From the NCBI GenBank assembly GCA_009602735.1, contig WELA01003463.1, forward strand, positions 160,838 to 195,620: a stretch of DNA of 34,783 bases, written 5' to 3'. The DNA is from Mesotaenium endlicherianum (lineage: Eukaryota). This document shows positions 1 to 8,805 of the stretch, in pieces. The position numbers were made by a program, and so were the translations under genes. Positions within the stretch are counted from its first letter, which is position 1; each line of letters begins with the position of its first letter. Below the pieces are notes generated by a model that had not been told where the DNA came from, did no database searches, and saw only the letters and a list, made by a program, of their open reading frames with translations.

Positions 1-4
1 TGAC

Positions 5-1578
5 TTGCAAGAAAGGAACTTTAGTCAGCATGCTGTAGATAAAGTCCTGTGTGCACTCACTTCACTAAAGGTGAAAAAGTCCTTCCTTGAACAACTTAGG
101 AAAGCCTACCTTTCTGACCCAACATTTGAGCCCAGCCCCACTACTGGTGTGTGCCATACTACTGCACTCGGGTATAAGCTTAAGGGAGGGGTCTGGGTGA
201 TTGAAACCACTTCAGGCAGGCTGAAGCTGGTCATTCCTAAGAACCTTGAAATAAGGTCTCTCTTACTGAGTCAAGCGCATGACAGTCTCCTGGGTGGACA
301 TTTGGGGCAGGCCAAATTGGCAAATTGGCAAAACATTATCATTGGGAGGGGTTACCCCGGGAGGTCTTGAAATACGTCAAGTCCTGTGACCAGTGTCAGA
401 GAAATAAGTCTCGGCACACACCACCCGGCGGTCTCTTGCAACCGCTACCCATCCCAGCGGGACGCTGGGAAACTATATCCATGGACTGGGTGGTTACACT
501 GCCACGAACTGCCAATGGGCATGATTCAATACTGGTAGTCGTGGATAAACTGACAAAAATGGTCATTTTTATCCCCACAACTGTCAAAGTGACTGCACTC
601 GAAACAGCGAGACAGTTTTACAACCATGTAGTATGCCAACATGGGCTCCCTTCTAATATCATCTCAGACAGAGACTCAAAATTCACCTCTAAGTTCTGGA
701 GAGCTTTAATGGGGTTAATGGGAGTCAAACAGCTGCTCAGCACAGCAAACCACCCTCAGACTGATGGGCAGACTGAAAGAACTAACCGAGTTCTGCAGGA
801 GGTGCTGAGAGCATATATTAACCAAAAACAAGATAATTGGGATGACCTGTTGCCTCAAATTCAGTTTGCGGTCAACAGTGCGGTGCACGCGTCAACGGGC
901 AAAACTCCTTTTGAACTCAGCCTGGGTAGAGTCCCTAAGTCTCCTCTAGATGTGCTAGGGGAATCTTTAACTCACCCTGAAGGGATTGACAACCCGGTCT
1001 CCCTCCAGTTAACTCAGGAGTTTGCTGACACCCTGTCAGAAGTCCAACGAAACCTGCACAAGGCCCAAGAAAACCAACAAAAATACGCTAATCAACACCG
1101 TCGGGAACTGACATTTTCCAAGGGGGATTTAGTCAAACTGCATTCTCAGCACCTGTACCTCCCTGGTGTGGTCAAGAAAAAGCTTGGCCCTGTCTGGGTC
1201 GGTCCATATTTGGTGGTCCGTCGTGTCGGTCAGAATGCTTACAAACTGAACATGTCAGCGGACTACAAGGGTCACCCGGTCTTTAATGTCTCCTACCTGG
1301 AACCATACATCAAAGGTGATACATTGTTCACAGGTCGGTTACCTGTCCAACCTAGACCGGTCCCCGCTGTCCGAGACAGCGACCCTGAGGAATGTGAGGT
1401 CGATGAGATTTTAGACGCTCGCTCGGTCCGTCGATCGTCTAAATATGTCATGAAGTACCTCATCCGATGGAAGGGTTACGATGCCTCTGGGGACACTTGG
1501 GAGTTTAAAGATCAGCTGACCAATGCCAAAGGGGCGTTGAAACGGTTCCACCTTCGGGCGGCTGGGGCACCTCCCTAA
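5..1578 (+). CDS. pol: Pol C-terminus of element 1: integrase with chromodomain, one frameshift near 311-333 (ORFs 5-370 and 325-1578)
   Basis: AHD..GGH and CDQC zinc finger; ISMDW, ISDRD and QTERTN catalytic DDE; WVGPY motif; chromodomain ECEVDEIL...YLIRWKGYDASGDTWE (about 1387-1551). Stop TAA at 1576-1578. Confidence 0.93.
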
Positions 1579-1889
1579 CAGTCATTTCAGTTGACACGGG
1601 AAGGTGACAGGAGGTCCTGTCTCCATATAAGTTGGAGGGAGATGTTATAGTTAGTGACAGTTGTGACAGGCAGCCCACCTTTAAATTTAAGTTGGAGGGA
1701 GTGGTAGTCTCTGATCACCATATTACCCACTCAACTTGCGCTCACACTCACTTGCTCTCCAACTCAATTTTTCCTTATATTCGCTCACACCAGGTATTCC
1801 ACTCTAGGAACTCTCCCGATCGCATCCCTCTTCATCAAGGGCACTCAGTAGCGGCAAATTATCATGACTTCACTAACCGCATTGTATTT

Positions 1890-3569
1890 ATGATTGAGCA
1901 CGGTGACTCAAAAGTCGGAACTCAAGAGGAAAAAAGGGCGGAAGAGGCACATGCAGAATACTTGCAATTCCGTGGAGACATCGAATCATCTTCCATCTCC
2001 GCTCGGGAATCACAACGACTCCAACAACAGCGGGAGGCACAGAAGAAGAAGGAGGAGGAGGAACAGGCCAAACTGAGGCAGGAAGAAATGGACAGAAAAG
2101 CTGCAGAGGAGGCTAAGAAAGCAGAGGAGGAGAGGCAAGCTGAGGAGAAGCGGAAGCAGCAGGCTGAAGAAGAAGAACAGAGGAGAATCAGCAGCTACCG
2201 CTACACGGTGCTGGGCAAGGGCTTTGATCTACTGGAGGAGGCCTTCAAGTATGCCCAGAGAAGTCGCAGTGAGTCGCAGAAGGAAATCCTCCAGAAGGAA
2301 GGGGAGACATCCGAAAACTTTGACAAGTATATAGAGGTCGGCACAGGGCTCCTCCTCTACCACGATTACGCCAGGATGGTAGGATATACCATCGGAGAGG
2401 CCAAGGCAATGGCCCAGGTGAACGAAGCAGGAGCTGTCTCGATTCCTGGTATCTGGGGGACAGATAGGGTCATCAGGATGATCCCCATGGACGCGGACAG
2501 CTTCAAGGACTCAACACCCCACAACAGGTTCAAGGCCATGTACAATGAGGTGGAGAGGAGGAGCTGGGAATTCTTGGCCAGAGAAACCAGTCAGCTGGAC
2601 TTTGCAGGGCACTGGTACCCTTGTACTCTCAAAAAGACAGACGCTGCCTTCTTCCAAAAGCCCACTGATTGGCGGTGGATGACCATCAACATGAGGGACC
2701 AGCAGAATGACAGGGCGACGGATGAGGATTTCCTGACGGACCTAAACGGGAACATAGTATTGCCCCCTCACATTGCGGCTTGGGACCCAAGATTGGATGG
2801 AGTCAGAGACTGCATGAGCCAAGAGATGCAGGGGGACAGAAGCAGGGCCCGAGAGTCATTCTCCAAAGGGAAGCACGCTTATGCCAAATGGGCAAGTAAG
2901 CAGGGGGAAAAGGACCTCTATGCGGTCCGGACTCAGCAGCCCCCACCAGCACCCAAAAGGGGAAGGTCAGTAGGATATTCTTTTTCTCGGGAAGAGCTGG
3001 AGCAGCGGACAGAGGAGACCCCAGAAGTCTCAGAGGAACCCGGGGACGGCGAGGAGGCGGAGTCGGAGGAAGACGAGGAGGAAGGCGAGGAGGAGGACAC
3101 TAGCCCCGCCGTGATCCTGACACCTGCCACATCCCCTGTAAGGGAGAAGACGGGGTGGGCCCCGCCGCAACTTGCTCAAGAGGAGGATATCACTTGGCTG
3201 GGGACTGCCAGAGGACAGAGCCCATCTCCGGGCAAGGAGACCCAATCGGACAGGGCAGACAGGAGGGCTGCTCGGGAGATAGCCAGAGGCCTGCCAGCAT
3301 CTCCCTCGCAGAGAGGGCATGTACCCTTGGCTCATGTCATGCAACATCCTTCCGGCATGCCGGTATACGCACCTGTCAGTTTGAGGGCTGCCCAGGAGAA
3401 GGCTGCCTCCCTTCAATTTCAGACTGTGCAGGAGGAAACAGCCCAGTTACTACGTTCTCCGCCGGGTCCCTACACGGAACCCCCTTCCCTGACAGGCTTC
3501 AAAAGACCCCACGACGGGAGGAGGTCTGGCTCCCCTGAGCATAGGGCCTCTGGGACATCTCCCTCCTAA
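1890..3569 (+). CDS. Additional sense ORF of element 1 between pol and the 3' LTR, 559 aa, unknown function
   Basis: Uninterrupted 1680-nt frame from the first ATG at 1890. It has an E/R/K-rich helical N-terminus, a complex aromatic-rich core, an NLS-like PAPKRGR, an acidic tract and a Pro/Ser-rich tail. No transmembrane segment is evident. Confidence 0.8.
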   Translation: MIEHGDSKVGTQEEKRAEEAHAEYLQFRGDIESSSISARESQRLQQQREAQKKKEEEEQAKLRQEEMDRKAAEEAKKAEEERQAEEKRKQQAEEEEQRRISSYRYTVLGKGFDLLEEAFKYAQRSRSESQKEILQKEGETSENFDKYIEVGTGLLLYHDYARMVGYTIGEAKAMAQVNEAGAVSIPGIWGTDRVIRMIPMDADSFKDSTPHNRFKAMYNEVERRSWEFLARETSQLDFAGHWYPCTLKKTDAAFFQKPTDWRWMTINMRDQQNDRATDEDFLTDLNGNIVLPPHIAAWDPRLDGVRDCMSQEMQGDRSRARESFSKGKHAYAKWASKQGEKDLYAVRTQQPPPAPKRGRSVGYSFSREELEQRTEETPEVSEEPGDGEEAESEEDEEEGEEEDTSPAVILTPATSPVREKTGWAPPQLAQEEDITWLGTARGQSPSPGKETQSDRADRRAAREIARGLPASPSQRGHVPLAHVMQHPSGMPVYAPVSLRAAQEKAASLQFQTVQEETAQLLRSPPGPYTEPPSLTGFKRPHDGRRSGSPEHRASGTSPS

Positions 3570-3641
3570 CGGCAGCAGGCTGGGGATACGAGGGACAGCA
3601 CGCTGTTATTAGTGATAAGTGTTGTCGAGGCGAAAACATGA

Positions 3642-3655
3642 TAAGTTGGAGGGAT
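3642..3655 (+). promoter_or_regulatory. Polypurine tract of element 1
   Basis: TAAGTTGGAGGGAT lies immediately before the TGTAA LTR start and is preceded by GTCGAGGCGAAAAC, which resembles typical chromovirus pre-PPT sequence. Confidence 0.85.
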
Positions 3656-4884
3656 TGTAATGAATCAGTATACTGGTTGATATAATATTCATTTAAAGAA
3701 TATAGTTAAATAAGTTCAGCCTGCTGAACTCTAGTTAACAATCAGTCTGCTGGACTTTATACTTAACATCAGTTTAATGACTTGACCGGAAGTAGCAGGC
3801 TGAGGTCACCTTAAGTCAGCTTGCTGACACATTCCTTAACAGACAGCTGACTACCGTACTCGGTAGCTGTAGTGATTTGAGTTATTATATATTAGTTTGC
3901 ATATATTTTAATGTTTTCAAATATATTTGGAGTAGTATTGTGTGGAGTCAAGTGTGAATAGGTACTCTAGTAACTTGGTTCATGTCCTTTGAACCTTCCA
4001 AGGCATTTTCGAAGTTAGAGGAAAGACCTAGAAGAACTCCATGTGGCAAAAGTCAAATGTGCCATTTTTAGGTCAAAAGGACATGTGTACATTATTCTAG
4101 AAAGAGGTGGCAAGTTTTGGGATGTGTTGGGTGCCAACACATCAACATACACCTTCCTAGAAATTACTTATGTAGCAAGTATATAAACAAGAGCTAGAAC
4201 ATAGAAAGACATTCCAGAATCACTCTTGTACTTGCCAAAATCCAGAAATATATTAACTTTCAAGAAGCCATCTCTCTTTCAAGAAGCTACCACTTGTGTT
4301 CAAAGATCCTTGTCTTGAATAGATAAACTATTCTGTTTTACTAAGTACTTTATCTATCTGTTTCACTAACAGTAGCAGCTAACTGCCTCGATATGCATCT
4401 AAGTGTGGTATGTTAGATGAATGGCCAGATGACATCCCTATGATGGATGGCGATTCGGGATGATGGGAGATGGCGGTGGATTTGGTTAACCGAGGTCCTA
4501 CCAACGTGGCTAACTCCCGGGTAGGTGGTGCCATCGCACTGACCGTTGAACAGTAAACTTATTCCATGTACATATGTTAGGCATTGCTCTCGAGTTCGGC
4601 ATTTGGAAACGAGGCCAACTCTCTTGTACAGTTTACTGAGAGAGATCTGAATCCAAGGCGAGAAGTCATTGATACGCACTGTCTTCTAACCTTGCTTATG
4701 TATGAGTTTACTGATATGCATCATTGATGCTAGTCGACTCGCATTTGACTTACGAGTATTATTCACTGCTAGTATAATGTCCTTTGCCGTTAAACCAGTT
4801 AACGGAAATACCATAAAGATTACTTGCTGATATAAAGATCTTTATTAATTGTTAATCGCCTATTTGGTAAGTCAATTCATTTCA
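3656..4884 (+). repeat. 3' LTR of element 1 (about 1229 bp)
   Basis: TG...CA ends with a 9/10 terminal inverted repeat (TGTAATGAAT / ATTCATTTCA) and TATATAAA at 4180-4187. RT coding sequence of another element resumes exactly at 4885. Confidence 0.82.
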
Positions 4885-7481
4885 TCGCTTGATTTAGCCC
4901 AAGGCTATCATCAGATTCGAATCACACTAGAGGATGTCCCAAAAACAGCGTTTCGTACGCCTATTGGGCACTTCCAATACAAAGTCCTAAGTTTTGGACT
5001 TACCAATGCACCAGCGACATTCCAAAGTACGATGAACGATTTGTTTAGACCTTACTTGGGGAAATTTGTCCAGGTTTACCTCGACAATATCCTCGTCTAT
5101 TCAAAGACCAGGGACGAGCATTACAAGCACCTCGAGTTGGTGTTGCAAATCCTTCATGAGCTACAGCTGTATGCTAAGCTAAAGAACTGTTCCTTCCTAA
5201 AGGATGAACTTTTGTACCTCGGACATATAGTGGGTTCAAAAGGGGTGCGCCCAGACCCAGCCAAGATAGCGTGCGTCGCTGACTGGCCTGTCCCGAAAGA
5301 TGTACATATTGTACGTTCATTCCTTGGGTTTGCTAACTACTTTTGTAAGTTATGCAAGGTGATTCAGTGATGGCCGCGCCACTCACTGCTCTGACAAGGA
5401 AAGATAAGACGTTCATTTGGGATGAGAATACGCAACATGCTTTTGAGAGCGTTAAGTATGAACTCACTAATGCGCCACTTCTTTTTTTATTAGCCAATCC
5501 CGATTTGCCATACGAGGTAGTCGCCGATGCGTCTGGTGTTGGAATAGGGGCCGTTCTGCTGCAGGCAGGCAAGCCTATCAGTTTTGAGAGTCGAAAGCTG
5601 ACACCTGCCGAACAAAATTACTCAATGACAGAGCAGGAGCTCTGGACAGTGATATACGCTTTAAAAACTTGGCGATGTTATTTGGAAGGCTGCAAGGGTT
5701 TGACAGTGGTTACCACTGCCCAAATACCTTCTTTCAAATTCAGCCAACGCTATCGAGGAGACAGACGAGATGGTCTGAGTTCTTGCAACGATACCATTTT
5801 GAGTGGGCATATCGCCCAGGCTGCAACAATGTTGCTGATCCTCTAAGTCGAATTCCTCATCATCACTTGATGTTGGGGACTGTTGCTAGCTTGCGAGAAC
5901 AAAATGGTCAGGTTTCGAGGGCGGCCACCCTCGATTCTGCTGTACCCCCCCAGACGTCTGACCGCAACCAGCCTGGTGACGCGGGCACACCCGACTTGGA
6001 TAGCATGCATGATACGGAAGTACTTGACCTGCATCAACTATTTCACGAGGGCTATCTCAAAGATCCGTTTTTCCTAGATCTCCAGAGTACTGGCTTGAAC
6101 GGTGTAGCCGTAACGATGGACAGTATGGATAAAAGGAAAGAACTCTCAAGCTATTTGTTTGAGGACGGTTTTTGGTGGCACAATGGGCGCATTGCTGTGC
6201 TACTACGCGAAGCGCATGACTCTCCTTACTCTGGTCACCATGGAATTACCAAAATCACACACGCTTTGCGCCGAAGGTACATTTGGCCGTCCCTCAAGGT
6301 TGATGTTGCCAAGTATGTCGTCAATTGCGCAACATGTCATAGGAATAAGCCGAGCAATACGTTGCCAGCTGGGAAGTTGCAACCATTGGAACTTGCATGT
6401 GCTCCTTGGGAAAGCATAAGCCTCAACTTTGTTGTGGAATTGCCTACCACCGATACAGGGCACAATGGGGTGTTAACGATCATGGATCGTTTCACTAAGA
6501 TGGTGCACTTTGTGGCCACTAAACCATCGCTTGATGCCGTTGAGACCGCGCGTCTCTTCGTGGATCATGTGTTCAAGTTGCATGGCATGCCAAAAGAAAT
6601 CATAAGTGATCGTGACAGTAGATTTACGAGCCACTTCTTGCAAGAAGTTTGCTCGCATTTCGGCACGAAGCTTAAGATGTCCACTAGCTTCCATCCTCAG
6701 ACCGATGAACTGAACCGCGTTCTCCAACAGTTCCTTAGGCATTATGTGAATCCTCGCCAAGACAACTGGGACATCCTCCTTTCGGTTGTAGAGTTTGCTT
6801 TAAATAATGCTTATCAGGAAAGTGTTAAGGAAACACCGTTTTTTCTTAATTGTGGGAGACATTTGCACACTCCTCTCACGCGTACGGTACCCGGTGAGGG
6901 GGGGATGTCAACCATGAGAGTGCCAAGTGCACGCCTATTTGTCCATTCTCTTCAAGAGGTGCACAAAAACGCGAAGTGGCTTTAGCCGTTGCTCGAGATC
7001 GACAGAAAACGTTTGCTGACACGCACAGGACAGAGTTAAGTTTTCAAGTTGGCAATAAAGTACTTTTGCAAACTAAAAACCTCCAACTCAAGCACCCAGG
7101 AAAGCGCAAGCTTCTGCCTTGCCGGTAGGCCTTTTTATTGTTATCGCAAAGGTTGGACCTGTTGCAAACCGATTGGATTTGCCTAAATCCATGGAGCGAA
7201 CGCATTCTGTGTTCCATGTCAATTTACTAAAGTTGTTTAGGTCCGATGACCGCTATCAGCCGCAAGCACCGAAATTGGAACTCGCCGATGATGATAAGGC
7301 CTGGGATGTAGAGGAGGTCTTAGGACACCGCTACACTCGTCATAAGCCTCCACGCGTGGAACTTTTGATCACTGGCTTGATTACGATTCCAGTTGGAACT
7401 CGTACAAACCTCAGGACAAAATCCTACTTAATTGTAAGGACCCGGTTCAATAGTATTGGTTACAACGGGCTTCTGCTCTGA
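4885..7481 (+). pseudogene. pol: Degenerate pol of element 2 (RT, RNase H, integrase, chromodomain)
   Basis: SLDLAQGYHQIR, FGLTNAPATFQ, catalytic YLDD mutated to YLDN, ADASGVGIGAVL, HDSPYSGH..CATC, ISDRD, WDVEEVLGHR. Frameshifts near 5355, 5712, 6980, 7120 and 7370, and a deletion in the PQTDGQTER motif. Confidence 0.9.
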
Positions 7482-7688
7482 AACTCTGCGCCGAGGCAAG
7501 TGTGCTACCAAGCGCTCTTCGTAAGCCATGGAACAAACGCAAAAGAGACGCGGCCAAATAATTGCTCTTTTCCGTCATTGTGATGATGCATAGTCCAATC
7601 GTTCACCAGTGTTTTCCGCTAGTCAAGGCTAGTATTGACACATTCAGACTTAAAAAACGTACGCTTAACGAGGACGTGAAGTTCTTTT

Positions 7689-7701
7689 AAGGGGGAAGGA
7701 G
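7689..7701 (+). promoter_or_regulatory. Polypurine tract of element 2
   Basis: AAGGGGGAAGGAG directly before TGTAACG, preceded by GAGGACG...TTTT. Confidence 0.88.
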
Positions 7702-8624
7702 TGTAACGATCTGAGCTTTTTTGGCGTATTTGGGACGTTTTCCCGATTACCTAAAATACGTTATACTATTTATCATACATTAGTTTGATAAATGATTGCA
7801 TCACATTGAATTATTCGCCACACGTGTGTGCCGATTAATTCCCGGTCGATTAGCGAAACAACCGAGATACTATTGCAAAAAGCGTCGTAACGTAATTTGA
7901 CTACTTTGCAAAAGTACGACATAATTATTCATAAAGTTACTTAGATTAATTATGACATGATAACTCAATAAATCATCGTTTGATCAAGTTATTTTGATTC
8001 TCATTATTTTGGATAATGCATAGTCACAGATTTCGGATTTACGACTAGTCGCTAATACAAACAAACAGTCGTAAAAGTCAAACGACACATAATATGCAAA
8101 GCGACTTTGCATCCAAGCGGATTTGAACCTGCGACCTGTCGTTTGAAGCGTTCACACCTAATCGATTGGCGAAGTAGTTCATATAACTACTGGTTCATGA
8201 CAAAAAGCACCTGTACGCAACTTCGCGAACAGTTGCGACTTTTCGAAAAGTCGCGAGAACGCAAAAACGCCCGTTTGGCGCGAAATGGTTTTTCGAAAAC
8301 CGTCGAAAAGTCTCCAAACGGCCAAACGGCGTGTTTCGAGCATTCAGTCGAAATGGGTCGTACCCCTTCGCCCGTTTTTGTTGACATGAACCAGTGCCCT
8401 AGGTGGTGACTCGAAGCACTCCAGTGCCTCACGTCGTGCAGGTATAAATACCTGCAGAGTCATTGTGAGTGCAACTCTCACAAGCACACATTCTACGTTA
8501 GTTTTGATTTTTTGCTTTCTCGAGGATTTGTCAATTTGCACAAGCATATATATTTTCTTTCCACTTCAATTAAATATTCCTTGAATATCGAGGAAAGATC
8601 CTCTCAAAAAGCAGAAACGTTACA
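7702..8624 (+). repeat. 3' LTR of element 2 (about 923 bp)
   Basis: Perfect 7-bp terminal inverted repeat TGTAACG/CGTTACA and TATAAATA at 8443-8450; composition changes after 8624. Confidence 0.88.
8108..8180 (-). other. Degenerate tRNA-like sequence (Pol III A/B-box-like) inside the U3 of the element 2 LTR
   Basis: The minus strand reads TCGCCAATCGATTAGG (A-box-like), loop CTTCAAA, AGGTC, then GCAGGTTCAAATCC (B box/T loop) at tRNA spacing. The stems are imperfect, so it is not called a functional tRNA. Confidence 0.6.
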
Positions 8625-8805
8625 CATGGACGCTAGGACCTGAATACAAGCTGTGTTTGCACATCTCCCCCCGCTCCCCCCCCTTCCTCCTATCTCCCCC
8701 TTACTGGCCCTGCAACCTTGCCTCTTAACTTGCTGCTCCAATCATAGATCGTAGCTCTGAACCTTTCCCTTTCCTGCCTTCTTGAACTCTGACGTTGTAC
8801 TCCGA

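Larger units (their letters stand above)
1..4884 (+). mobile_element. Ty3/gypsy chromovirus LTR retrotransposon, element 1 (3' part: integrase-chromodomain, extra ORF, PPT, 3' LTR; 5' part lies outside the window)
   Basis: Integrase HHCC, DDE and GPY motifs plus a C-terminal chromodomain. PPT AAGTTGGAGGGAT directly precedes an LTR starting TGTAATGAAT (3656) and ending ATTCATTTCA (4884). Confidence 0.92.
4885..8624 (+). mobile_element. Ty3/gypsy chromovirus LTR retrotransposon, element 2 (decayed; interrupted in RT by element 1)
   Basis: RT-RNaseH-integrase-chromodomain order, PPT AAGGGGGAAGGAG at 7689-7701, LTR TGTAACG...CGTTACA. Confidence 0.92.

Noticed and set aside
1632..1889. N-terminal 86 codons of the listed 645-aa ORF
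   Set aside because: It starts at a TTG inside a PPT copy and runs through structured leader-like sequence; the first ATG at 1890 is the plausible eukaryotic start.
1890..3569. env-like gene
   Set aside because: The position fits, but there is no signal peptide or hydrophobic transmembrane stretch, and the protein is highly charged.
4362..4371. Alternative end of the element 1 LTR at CACTAACA
   Set aside because: 4884 gives a 9/10 terminal inverted repeat and coincides exactly with the resumption of RT sequence.
8108..8180. Functional tRNA-Sec or opal suppressor tRNA
   Set aside because: The loop CTTCAAA fits, but there is no long variable arm and the acceptor, anticodon and T stems are broken.
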